DNA from: Escherichia phage T5
Direction: 5' to 3' (one strand)
Length of the DNA stretch: 64,000 bases
Sequence record: AY587007.1
Below the pieces are notes generated by a model. It made no database searches. It saw nothing but the letters and a program-made list of their open reading frames with translations, and was not told where the DNA came from. This document shows, piece after piece, positions 8,854 to 18,055 of this stretch (positions within the stretch are counted from its first letter, which is position 1; each line of letters opens with the position of its first letter). A program made the position numbers and the translations under genes.

Positions 8854-9636
8854 TTGATGAAAATCGAAATTCCAACACAATGTCCCTCTTGTGGTTCTAA
8901 GCTAGATCTTGTCAACGGACAATTATTCTGTCGTAATAAGTCCAACTGTCCAGCGCAATCAAGTAAGTTAATTGAGAACTTCTGTACAAAAATGAAGTTA
9001 AAGGGCTTTGGCCCGAAAACTATTGAGAAGCTGGAGCTGACGAAGATTTCAGAACTATTTTACCTAACCGAAGAAGATTTGGTTAGAGCCGTGGGTAGCA
9101 AGGTTGCCGCTAAGTTAATTAGCGAATTAAATACTAAAGTTCGCGGAGACATTGACTTTGGTTCAGTTCTCGGTTCTTTAGGAATCCCTCTAATTGGAGA
9201 GGTTGCAGCAAAGAAATTATCCCAAAATTGCACTAGCTTTCAAGATGTGAAGGCTGACGGCAAGGCTGGAGAAAACTATAAAGCCTGGCTAAATTCCCCA
9301 CAAGGCAAGGATGTAATCGAATTACCGTGGAAATTCTCAAAGGGTATTAAGGGTGCTAAAGCTGAGGTCATCATCACTGATGGTCTAGTAGCCCAGCCAA
9401 ATGGAATCACGGTGTGTATTACCGGATCTTTGCAAGATTTTGCAAATCGAACGGATGCAACAAACTATTTAGAAGGTCTAGGATATACGGTTAAGAAATC
9501 CGTTACCAAAGACGTCAAATGCCTAATCTGTGAGGATGAATCGAAGCGTTCTTCCTCATCTTATAAGAAAGCCGAAACGAATGGGATAGAAATCCTGTCG
9601 ATTAAAGAACTATTGGAGAAAAATAATAATGTCTAA
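8854..9636 (+). CDS. NAD-dependent DNA ligase, C-terminal part (Zn-finger, HhH, BRCT)
   Basis: 260 aa; Cys4 zinc finger CPSCGSKL...CRNKSNC at the N-terminus, helix-hairpin-helix-like middle, BRCT-like C-terminus ITGSL...DVKCLICED; collinear with the C-terminal half of LigA. Confidence 0.75.
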   Translation: MMKIEIPTQCPSCGSKLDLVNGQLFCRNKSNCPAQSSKLIENFCTKMKLKGFGPKTIEKLELTKISELFYLTEEDLVRAVGSKVAAKLISELNTKVRGDIDFGSVLGSLGIPLIGEVAAKKLSQNCTSFQDVKADGKAGENYKAWLNSPQGKDVIELPWKFSKGIKGAKAEVIITDGLVAQPNGITVCITGSLQDFANRTDATNYLEGLGYTVKKSVTKDVKCLICEDESKRSSSSYKKAETNGIEILSIKELLEKNNNV

Positions 9637-10396
9637 ACTGAACTGGAACGTAGAAGGTGTAACCGAGTCTCTGAAAGCAAAAGCCACTGCTCTGGGTGTT
9701 GATGTAATCTCTCAAGAACAAGTAGCTGCTATCGCTGCTGAACTGGCTGCTGAAACTGGCAAAGACGTTACCGCTCGCTCTGTTGGCTCTAAGCTGCGTA
9801 AAGAAGGTTTCGAAGTACAGAAAGCTAACGAAGTACAGAAATCCCCGTGGACTCCTGAGCAGGAAGCTGAACTGGTTGATTTCCTGAACGCTCATGCTGG
9901 TCAGTATACTTATGCTGAAATCGCTGCTGCTGTAGCTGGTGGTCAATTTGGTGCTAAGCAGGTACAGGGTAAGATCCTGAGTCTGGAAATGACAGCATCT
10001 GTTAAGCCGACCGAAAAAGCTGCCGCTGTTCGTTCCTTCACTCCGGATGAAGAAACTGACTTTGTTAATCAGGTTGTTGCTGGTGCTACTATTGAAGCTA
10101 TCGCTGCTCACTTCGGTCGCAATATTAAGCAGATCCGTGGTAAAGCTCTGAGTCTGCTTCGTGAAGGTCGTATCGCGGCTATGCCGGTACAGGAAACTTC
10201 AAGTGCTAAAACTCGTGAAGATCTGCTAGAAGGTCTGGATCTGGTTAACATGACCGTTGCTGAGATCGCTGAGAAAACTGGTAAGTCTGAGCGTGGTGTT
10301 AAATCTATGCTGTCTCGTCGTGGTCTGGTTGCTAAGGACTATGATGGTGCCGCTAAGCGTGCTAAACTGGATGCAAAAGCTGCGGCTGCTGAATAA
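9629..10396 (+). CDS. repeat-containing putative DNA-binding protein (abundant early protein, possibly D5-like)
   Basis: 255 aa; four internal repeats (e.g. TARSVGSKLRKEGFEV, GAKQVQGKILSLEM, KQIRGKALSLLREG, VKSMLSRRGLVAKD); very strong major-codon bias suggesting high expression. Confidence 0.5.
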   Translation: MSKLNWNVEGVTESLKAKATALGVDVISQEQVAAIAAELAAETGKDVTARSVGSKLRKEGFEVQKANEVQKSPWTPEQEAELVDFLNAHAGQYTYAEIAAAVAGGQFGAKQVQGKILSLEMTASVKPTEKAAAVRSFTPDEETDFVNQVVAGATIEAIAAHFGRNIKQIRGKALSLLREGRIAAMPVQETSSAKTREDLLEGLDLVNMTVAEIAEKTGKSERGVKSMLSRRGLVAKDYDGAAKRAKLDAKAAAAE

Positions 10397-10413
10397 TCTG
10401 GTAAATTAAACCT

Positions 10414-10446
10414 AAGGGGAGGGGGCTATGCTCCTTCCCCTTTTTG
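10414..10446 (+). terminator. rho-independent terminator
   Basis: G/C-rich hairpin AAGGGGAGGGGG-ctatg-CTCCTTCCCCTT followed by TTTTT, directly after the stop at 10396. Confidence 0.6.
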
Positions 10447-11951
10447 CATTTAGAAGGCACGAAAGCGTGCAAAGGAGAATGACCTTGTTTAACGTGCAAG
10501 CTGTAGTGTTGAAGATGCTTCTAGCTTCCGAACAGAAGCAAATAGCATTGGAAACATTCTCAAAACTGCATAAAGATCATTTTAATGACGCTTTCTCCTC
10601 AATTTACCAAGCCGTCCAGAATTATTATAAAAAATATAACACAATGCCGTCCATTGACGCACTGATGCTTGAGGCTAATAGGAACGCCCGCCTTTCTCAA
10701 GCTCTAGTCGTTTTAGCTAACACTCAAATTCCAGAAGTTAGCATGGAACAGGCACTTGAAGTCCTAGAGGCCGAGTATACACAGGATTTATTCCTGAAGC
10801 TTCTAGAAACAGACGTGCTTCAAGATTTAACAATGCTGGATCAGGGAGAAATTCTTAACCGAGTTGCCTCCCTTCACTTAAAATTAGAAGAGAAAGTAAC
10901 GAATACTGGAAAAGTATTCAACGCAGATAACATGCGTATTTTCCAGAGAGAAGAAGATACCAAACTGAACTTAATCGCTCTTGGTATTTGTAATGAGTTC
11001 GACGCTCAAATTGGTTTAGCTCGCACAGAAACGTTACTGCTTGGTGGTTGGCGTGGTACTGGTAAATCCATTATCTGTTCAAACATACAGGTTCAGCAAT
11101 ATTTGAATGGAGATATTGCTCCATACTTCTCAATTGAGATGAAAGAACATGAAGTATTTAGACGTAATCTAGCCATGTTAGCTGGTGTATCAGCACTAGC
11201 AATGCGAAATAATACTCTAGAAGGTGCAGCTCTGTTGAGATTAGCCAGAACTAGAGCTAGAATGTTTAACGGTGGTGAAGAGCTTTTCGATAACTTCGTT
11301 AAACAATACACAATGGCTAAGATGAGTGATTTCTACGATATGGAAAGTAAGCTAATAGAAGGATATGAGCTACATACTCCTATGATTATTGTTTATGATC
11401 CTGAGCTGTCTATTACAACAGTTGACGTAGAATTAAATAAATTAGTTGCTAGATATGGGGATAAAGTTACAGTAGCTTTACTTGACTATATTAACCAAAC
11501 CCGACTTCCAGATTCTAAAACCATTGATATGTATGACTGGAAAGAACAGATGGTTGTTAGCTCGTCTTTCAAATCCATCTGCCAGAAACATAACGTGGCT
11601 GGTGTAGCTCCTTACCAGATTGATCAAGATGGTAGAACACGTATGTCAAAAGGGATTCTTGATTCCGCAGACATGGCTGCTAATCTTAATGCTGCAAAAG
11701 CTGATAATGGTCAAGGTGCTATTATGTTTGACTTCGTTAAGACCCGTTCTTCTGATAGCGTGAAGTTTATGCCTAAAATGAACTGGGAAACCCTGCGGAT
11801 GGATAACACTACCAACCTAGCAATGGAAGATATATCTCAAATGGAAGCTGAGTTCGTTATCCCTATTGAGAAGGATAAGCCGGCTCAATCTAAACGTGCT
11901 AAGAAAGACAAAGCTGAAAATTCAACAGGTGAACAGGCCAGCGATATATGA
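10428..11951 (+). CDS. DnaB-like replicative helicase
   Basis: 507 aa track ORF; Walker A in DnaB-like context LLLGGWRGTGKSIICSN; track start lies inside the upstream terminator, so the likely start is ATG 10479. Confidence 0.65.
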   Translation: MLLPLFAFRRHESVQRRMTLFNVQAVVLKMLLASEQKQIALETFSKLHKDHFNDAFSSIYQAVQNYYKKYNTMPSIDALMLEANRNARLSQALVVLANTQIPEVSMEQALEVLEAEYTQDLFLKLLETDVLQDLTMLDQGEILNRVASLHLKLEEKVTNTGKVFNADNMRIFQREEDTKLNLIALGICNEFDAQIGLARTETLLLGGWRGTGKSIICSNIQVQQYLNGDIAPYFSIEMKEHEVFRRNLAMLAGVSALAMRNNTLEGAALLRLARTRARMFNGGEELFDNFVKQYTMAKMSDFYDMESKLIEGYELHTPMIIVYDPELSITTVDVELNKLVARYGDKVTVALLDYINQTRLPDSKTIDMYDWKEQMVVSSSFKSICQKHNVAGVAPYQIDQDGRTRMSKGILDSADMAANLNAAKADNGQGAIMFDFVKTRSSDSVKFMPKMNWETLRMDNTTNLAMEDISQMEAEFVIPIEKDKPAQSKRAKKDKAENSTGEQASDI

Positions 11952-12479
11952 TAACACAGGAAAGGCTAAAAGAGTTATTTGATTACTCCCCAGGAACTGG
12001 GGAGTTTACTAGAAAAGTATCTAGAGGTAATCAGAAAGCTGGTAGTATAGTAACCAGAAAAGACTCTAACGGTTATATAATTATTGGTATAGATGGCAGG
12101 ATTACAAGCCCATCGGATGGCTTTTCTATTTATGGAAAATACATTACCGGAAAAAGTAGACCATGTAAATAGAATACCCTTTGATAATAGGTGGTGTAAT
12201 CTAAGAGATGCCACAGCCCAGGAAAATAGTAGAAATAAAACCGCATGTAGTAAGTCTGGATACTTGGGAGTTGCTTGGGATATCGAAAAACAAAGATGGA
12301 GAGTTCAGGTAAGAGACTCTAATAGCACTCTTAAAAATGGTGGCAGATTTAAGTATGAGGAGCTAGAGCTAGCTGTAAATTCAGCAAATATACTAAGGAC
12401 TAAGTTACATGGAGAACGTGCTGTTATAGAAATTTTTGATACATCTAATTATCCTTCACTGGAGGAGTTAAATTCATGA
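11948..12479 (+). pseudogene. HNH-AP2 homing endonuclease, frameshifted
   Basis: N-terminal homing-endonuclease-like part (MITQERLKELFDYSPGTGEF...GYIIIGIDGRI) in track ORF 11948-12172; HNH motif (VDHVNRIPFDNRWCNLRDATAQEN) and AP2-like part in the +1 frame (12093-12479); frames switch near 12100-12110. Confidence 0.5.
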
Positions 12480-13366
12480 GTCGAATAACAGAATTACTTG
12501 ATCTTAAGGGAATTGAGTATAAAGATACTGGTGGAGATATTTTAATCTGTTGTCTCAATCCAGATCATGACGATAAACACCCAAGTTTGCGTATTGACCC
12601 TGAAACAGGTATTATGCACTGCTTGAGTTGTGGCTTCGGTAAAGGTATACCGAGCATTTACCATTATTTTAATGAGACTCAGTACCGACAGTCCCCAAGG
12701 CTATCGCAAGTACGTAAAAAGATTTCAGAGATTAGGAATGGATCAACGAATCTTGCAATTCCTGAATCTGCTTACCTTTTCGAAGGTGATTTCCGAGGTA
12801 TAAGTTCTAAGACCTTGAAGAAATATTTTGCTTTCCAACACCAAGCAGACTGGGAAGGCAGAATTGTATTCCCAATCACAGATGCTGTTGGACGCAATAT
12901 CCTATTTTTGGGTCGTTCTATAAACAGTTCTGCCCCTCCTAAATACTTAGTAAAACCAAAACAAGTTTCACCACCAATTTTTCCTGTACGATATAATACT
13001 CCGGTTCTTATTCTAGTTGAAGGCATCTTTGATATGCTGAACCTAGAGGATAATGGTATAGACTATGCTTCTTGCTGCTTTGGTACACATCAGTTTACTT
13101 CGGATAACATTGCAGATAAGTTCAGTCCTTATATTATTGCCGGTGTAAAAGTTGTTGTTATCTTACTAGATAATGATGCTTCTGGTAATAAAGCTGCACA
13201 AGCATTGGCCCAGCTAATTCGTACCAAAACGCGTTTAACACCTGTAGTTGCTAACTTTCTTCTGCCTGAAGGTAAAGACCCGGGTGACTTAAATAAAGAA
13301 GAGATTGATACGTTAGCCAAACGTATTGAAATTTTAGTTGCTGAATCGCTTAAAGATTTGGTATAA
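12476..13366 (+). CDS. DnaG-type DNA primase
   Basis: 296 aa; CHC2 zinc finger CCLNPDHDDKHPSLRIDPETGIMHCLSCGFGKG; Toprim-like LVEGIFDMLNL and VVVILLDNDASGNKAA. Confidence 0.8.
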   Translation: MSRITELLDLKGIEYKDTGGDILICCLNPDHDDKHPSLRIDPETGIMHCLSCGFGKGIPSIYHYFNETQYRQSPRLSQVRKKISEIRNGSTNLAIPESAYLFEGDFRGISSKTLKKYFAFQHQADWEGRIVFPITDAVGRNILFLGRSINSSAPPKYLVKPKQVSPPIFPVRYNTPVLILVEGIFDMLNLEDNGIDYASCCFGTHQFTSDNIADKFSPYIIAGVKVVVILLDNDASGNKAAQALAQLIRTKTRLTPVVANFLLPEGKDPGDLNKEEIDTLAKRIEILVAESLKDLV

Positions 13367-13367
13367 T
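13338..13367 (+). promoter_or_regulatory. sigma70-type promoter inside the primase 3' end (TTGCTG, 18 bp, TGgTATAAT)
   Basis: TTGCTG 13338-13343 and TATAAT 13362-13367 with TG extension, positioned to transcribe the polymerase gene. Confidence 0.5.
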
Positions 13368-13370
13368 ATA

Positions 13371-13415
13371 TTGGTAAGTTAGAGAAGAAACACTGAAGTT
13401 ATACTTACTTACCAA
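13371..13415 (+). promoter_or_regulatory. 5' leader hairpin immediately upstream of the polymerase RBS
   Basis: Perfect 9-bp stem TTGGTAAGT / ACTTACCAA with ~27-nt loop, followed by GAGGAG and the TTG start codon at 13429. Confidence 0.4.
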
Positions 13416-13428
13416 GAGGAGATTAAAT

Positions 13429-15996
13429 TTGAAAATCGCAGTAGTTGATAAAGCTCTAAACAACACTCGTTATGATAAACATTTCCAGCTATACGGCGAG
13501 GAAGTTGATGTATTCCATATGTGTAACGAGAAGTTGTCCGGTCGTTTGCTCAAAAAGCATATTACTATCGGAACTCCGGAAAACCCATTTGACCCGAATG
13601 ATTATGATTTTGTTATACTGGTAGGTGCCGAACCTTTCCTGTACTTTGCAGGTAAGAAAGGTATTGGTGATTATACCGGTAAACGTGTAGAGTATAATGG
13701 ATATGCTAACTGGATTGCGAGTATCAGCCCAGCCCAGTTACACTTTAAACCTGAAATGAAACCAGTTTTTGATGCAACAGTAGAGAATATCCACGATATT
13801 ATCAATGGTCGTGAGAAGATTGCAAAAGCTGGTGATTACCGTCCTATTACTGACCCTGATGAGGCTGAAGAATATATCAAGATGGTGTATAATATGGTTA
13901 TCGGACCCGTCGCATTCGACTCCGAAACCTCAGCACTATACTGTCGAGATGGTTATCTGCTTGGTGTTTCTATTTCTCACCAAGAGTATCAGGGTGTATA
14001 TATCGATTCTGATTGTCTCACAGAGGTTGCAGTATATTATCTCCAGAAAATTCTGGATAGTGAAAACCACACTATTGTTTTTCACAACTTGAAGTTTGAT
14101 ATGCACTTTTATAAGTACCATCTGGGACTTACTTTTGATAAAGCACATAAAGAACGCAGGCTCCATGATACCATGTTGCAGCACTATGTTTTAGATGAAC
14201 GTCGTGGTACTCATGGCTTGAAATCTCTAGCAATGAAGTATACCGATATGGGTGACTATGACTTCGAACTAGATAAGTTCAAAGATGATTACTGTAAAGC
14301 ACATAAAATCAAGAAAGAAGATTTCACCTATGATTTAATTCCGTTTGATATTATGTGGCCATATGCTGCGAAAGATACGGATGCCACTATACGTTTGCAC
14401 AACTTCTTTTTACCAAAAATTGAGAAGAATGAAAAACTTTGCAGTCTGTATTACGATGTTTTGATGCCTGGTTGCGTATTCTTGCAACGTGTTGAGGATC
14501 GTGGAGTACCTATCTCTATTGATCGTTTGAAAGAAGCTCAGTATCAGTTGACTCATAATTTGAATAAAGCCCGTGAGAAACTGTACACTTATCCAGAAGT
14601 TAAACAGCTAGAACAAGATCAGAATGAAGCATTTAACCCGAACTCTGTTAAGCAGCTACGTGTTCTTCTGTTTGATTACGTTGGCTTAACTCCAACAGGT
14701 AAACTGACGGATACTGGAGCAGATTCTACGGATGCAGAAGCTCTAAATGAACTGGCTACGCAGCATCCAATTGCTAAAACTCTGCTAGAGATTCGTAAGC
14801 TGACTAAGCTGATCTCTACTTATGTTGAGAAGATTCTACTGAGTATTGATGCAGATGGTTGCATTCGTACTGGTTTCCATGAACATATGACTACTTCTGG
14901 TCGTCTGAGTTCTTCTGGTAAACTGAACCTGCAACAGTTACCCCGTGATGAATCTATTATCAAGGGTTGTGTAGTAGCTCCTCCTGGGTATCGTGTAATC
15001 GCGTGGGACTTAACAACTGCGGAAGTTTATTATGCTGCTGTTCTATCTGGTGATAGAAATATGCAACAGGTATTTATCAACATGAGAAATGAACCCGATA
15101 AATACCCAGACTTCCACTCCAACATCGCACACATGGTGTTTAAGCTGCAATGCGAACCCCGTGATGTTAAAAAGCTGTTCCCAGCTCTGCGTCAGGCTGC
15201 TAAAGCAATCACCTTCGGTATTCTGTATGGTTCTGGCCCAGCTAAAGTAGCGCATTCTGTTAACGAAGCATTACTAGAACAAGCAGCCAAGACGGGCGAA
15301 CCGTTTGTTGAATGTACTGTTGCAGATGCTAAAGAGTACATTGAGACTTACTTCGGTCAGTTCCCACAGCTTAAGCGTTGGATTGATAAGTGCCACGATC
15401 AGATCAAGAATCATGGATTTATCTATAGTCACTTTGGTCGTAAACGTCGTCTGCATAATATCCATTCCGAAGACCGTGGTGTTCAGGGTGAAGAAATTCG
15501 TTCTGGATTTAATGCAATCATTCAGTCTGCTTCTTCTGATAGTCTCCTTTTAGGTGCTGTAGATGCAGATAATGAGATCATTTCTCTTGGTTTAGAACAA
15601 GAGATGAAGATTGTTATGTTGGTTCATGACTCCGTAGTTGCTATTGTTCGTGAGGATTTGATCGACCAATACAATGAAATCCTGATTCGTAATATTCAGA
15701 AAGACCGTGGTATCAGTATTCCTGGCTGTCCGATTGGTATTGATTCAGATTCTGAAGCTGGAGGTTCTCGTGACTATTCTTGTGGTAAGATGAAGAAACA
15801 GCACCCATCAATCGCTTGTATTGATGATGATGAATATACTCGTTATGTCAAGGGTGTATTACTTGATGCAGAATTCGAGTATAAGAAACTAGCTGCAATG
15901 GATAAAGAGCATCCAGATCATAGCAAATACAAGGATGATAAGTTTATTGCTGTATGTAAAGATTTGGATAACGTGAAAAGGATTCTCGGTGCTTGA
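13429..15996 (+). CDS. DNA polymerase (family A) with 3'-5' exonuclease domain
   Basis: 855 aa; TTG start; exonuclease motif VAFDSETSAL; polymerase motif A-like WDLTTAEVYYAA, motif B RQAAKAITFGILYGSG, motif C-like MLVHDSVV. Confidence 0.9.
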   Translation: MKIAVVDKALNNTRYDKHFQLYGEEVDVFHMCNEKLSGRLLKKHITIGTPENPFDPNDYDFVILVGAEPFLYFAGKKGIGDYTGKRVEYNGYANWIASISPAQLHFKPEMKPVFDATVENIHDIINGREKIAKAGDYRPITDPDEAEEYIKMVYNMVIGPVAFDSETSALYCRDGYLLGVSISHQEYQGVYIDSDCLTEVAVYYLQKILDSENHTIVFHNLKFDMHFYKYHLGLTFDKAHKERRLHDTMLQHYVLDERRGTHGLKSLAMKYTDMGDYDFELDKFKDDYCKAHKIKKEDFTYDLIPFDIMWPYAAKDTDATIRLHNFFLPKIEKNEKLCSLYYDVLMPGCVFLQRVEDRGVPISIDRLKEAQYQLTHNLNKAREKLYTYPEVKQLEQDQNEAFNPNSVKQLRVLLFDYVGLTPTGKLTDTGADSTDAEALNELATQHPIAKTLLEIRKLTKLISTYVEKILLSIDADGCIRTGFHEHMTTSGRLSSSGKLNLQQLPRDESIIKGCVVAPPGYRVIAWDLTTAEVYYAAVLSGDRNMQQVFINMRNEPDKYPDFHSNIAHMVFKLQCEPRDVKKLFPALRQAAKAITFGILYGSGPAKVAHSVNEALLEQAAKTGEPFVECTVADAKEYIETYFGQFPQLKRWIDKCHDQIKNHGFIYSHFGRKRRLHNIHSEDRGVQGEEIRSGFNAIIQSASSDSLLLGAVDADNEIISLGLEQEMKIVMLVHDSVVAIVREDLIDQYNEILIRNIQKDRGISIPGCPIGIDSDSEAGGSRDYSCGKMKKQHPSIACIDDDEYTRYVKGVLLDAEFEYKKLAAMDKEHPDHSKYKDDKFIAVCKDLDNVKRILGA

Positions 15997-16486
15997 TTTC
16001 AAATTGCCCGTCTATGCGTTACGGGCGTTTGTATCAATTGAGCAAGAAGGTGATTATTCCGTAATTACAACAAGATATAATAAATATGTGCTAGATAACA
16101 GGAAGTTGCCTGGCACGTTTTCTCAACGTAGGCTTATTCTATTTGAGAAACGGAAAGAATTACCATACAAGCTCTATCCTATTAGGGGTAGAATATCAAT
16201 GTTGTCTCAATTAGTTGGGTCAAAGCGTAACCAATTTATAGATTCTGATGGAAATCTTATTAATTGGAAGAAAACTACGTTCTATGATGTTGTCACCTCT
16301 AAAGTTTTGCATTCAGCTAGAATTTATAATGGAAAATACCAATGCTATGTGGCTAAAGTCCCTTATCCATTTGTATTATCCTATGTTCCAGCTTATATAA
16401 GCTATATTCTGGTAAATAATAGCCCTGTTATTTATCAAGTCCATCAAGAGGAGCCTGAAATTCCTAGACTTAGAATAAAATTATGA
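15989..16486 (+). CDS. hypothetical protein
   Basis: 165 aa; start overlaps the polymerase stop and end overlaps the helicase start (translational coupling). Confidence 0.45.
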   Translation: MLDFKLPVYALRAFVSIEQEGDYSVITTRYNKYVLDNRKLPGTFSQRRLILFEKRKELPYKLYPIRGRISMLSQLVGSKRNQFIDSDGNLINWKKTTFYDVVTSKVLHSARIYNGKYQCYVAKVPYPFVLSYVPAYISYILVNNSPVIYQVHQEEPEIPRLRIKL

Positions 16487-17835
16487 AGGTTGTTATATCT
16501 AATAAAGCCTATTTCAAGCCCGATGATGAACTTTGGGATTATTGTAGTAAGCAAACCACTTATCACATAGAGACAATGACTAGTAAATACCCTATTATGT
16601 ATAAGAATAGTGGTGTTGTTGCCAAAGAGATTAAGTGGATTCCTATTACGCGTCTGGACTTATTAGATGCTAAAGGAATAAAATACGAATTAGTCGATAA
16701 ACGCACACTAGCACCGGTAGATATACCAAAACCTAAGTTCAAGCTGCGTGAAGAAGATCAGCTTCCAATATACGAAGAATGCGATGATACCTGTATTATT
16801 AATGGTAAGCCTGGGTTTGGTAAAACTATCCTAGCACTTGCACTTGCGTATAAATTTGGCCAGAAAACTTTAGTAATCTGTACGAATACATCCATTCGTG
16901 AAATGTGGGCGGCAGAAGTTCGTAAATGGTTTGGGTTTGAACCAGGTATCATAGGTTCTGGGAAATACAATATTGATCCGCCAATTGTAGTCAGTAATAT
17001 TCAAACAGTGAATAAACATGCGAATAATCTTTCTAAAGTATTCGGTACTGTTATAGTTGATGAAGTTCACCATTGTGTGGCTACAACTTTCACTAACTTC
17101 CTAGAAATATCATGTGCTCGCTATAAAATTGGACTATCCGGTACACTAAAACGAAAAGACGGTTTACAAGTTATGTTCAAAGATTTCTTTGGATATAAGA
17201 TATTTAGCCCGCCGGTTAATAATACTGTTGCACCTACAATCCATAGGTACTCCGTGCCTGTTGAGCTATCAGGAAACCAAAACGTACCGTGGGCATTACG
17301 TGCTAACGATGTGTATAATCATCCTGAATATCGAGAGACTATTATAAACCTAGCACATTTATATGTGAATATGGGACATAAAGTACTCATTGTAAGTGAT
17401 AGAACAGAGTTAATCCAAACAATACTAGAAGCTCTTACACAGCGTGGTGTTACAACCTATGAAATTATAGGAGCAACCCACTTAGATGACCGATTAAAAA
17501 TTCAGGAAGATATAGCAAAAGGCGGGCCGTGTGTGCTTGCAGCAGCTCAAAGCATCTTCTCTGAAGGTATTTCACTTAACGAGCTGTCTTGTTTAATAAT
17601 GGGAAGCCTCATTAATAATGAATCTCTCATTGAACAGCTTGCAGGCCGTGTTCAACGTATTGTCGAGGGTAAACTCGACCCAATCGTTGTAGATCTAATT
17701 ATGAAAGGTGGCACTGGGTTAAGGCAGGCTTCTGGACGTATGGCAGTATATCGTAACAACGGGTGGAAAACTATTACTATGACTCCGGAGAAAGCAGTTC
17801 AATTAGCTAAAATTGCATTTGGCAACAGCTCATAA
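16483..17835 (+). CDS. SF2 DNA helicase (D10-like)
   Basis: 450 aa; motif I GKPGFGKT, motif II VIVDEVHH (DExH box), C-terminal helicase domain. Confidence 0.75.
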   Translation: MKVVISNKAYFKPDDELWDYCSKQTTYHIETMTSKYPIMYKNSGVVAKEIKWIPITRLDLLDAKGIKYELVDKRTLAPVDIPKPKFKLREEDQLPIYEECDDTCIINGKPGFGKTILALALAYKFGQKTLVICTNTSIREMWAAEVRKWFGFEPGIIGSGKYNIDPPIVVSNIQTVNKHANNLSKVFGTVIVDEVHHCVATTFTNFLEISCARYKIGLSGTLKRKDGLQVMFKDFFGYKIFSPPVNNTVAPTIHRYSVPVELSGNQNVPWALRANDVYNHPEYRETIINLAHLYVNMGHKVLIVSDRTELIQTILEALTQRGVTTYEIIGATHLDDRLKIQEDIAKGGPCVLAAAQSIFSEGISLNELSCLIMGSLINNESLIEQLAGRVQRIVEGKLDPIVVDLIMKGGTGLRQASGRMAVYRNNGWKTITMTPEKAVQLAKIAFGNSS

Positions 17836-17847
17836 ATGATGTATAAT
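17819..17847 (+). promoter_or_regulatory. sigma70-type early promoter (TTGGCA, 17 bp, TGTATAAT)
   Basis: TTGGCA 17819-17824 inside the helicase 3' end, TATAAT 17842-17847, then ATATACATAAATTTGAGAGAG. Confidence 0.5.
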
Positions 17848-17918
17848 ATATACATAAATTTGAGAGAGAAAGTTTCGGATTGATAAGAAAGTCCGAAGCA
17901 GAAAAATAAAAATTTTAG

Positions 17919-17948
17919 TTGCTAAATTCTCTCGAAATCTAGTATAAT
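17919..17948 (+). promoter_or_regulatory. sigma70-type early promoter (TTGCTA, 18 bp, TATAAT)
   Basis: TTGCTA 17919-17924, TATAAT 17943-17948, then ATATACATAAATTCGAGGAG. Confidence 0.5.
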
Positions 17949-18055
17949 ATATACATAAATTCGAGGAGAAAACAAAAATTAAATTCTTCGATTATGAAAA
18001 GCTATACTTACTAGCTAGAGGAAATTCCGACCTAATTATTAAGCTATTCAAAAGA

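Noticed and set aside
17871-17910. Hairpin TTCGGA / TCCGAA as a terminator
   Set aside because: Short 6-bp stem and followed by an A-run rather than a T-run on the plus strand; not convincing as an intrinsic terminator.
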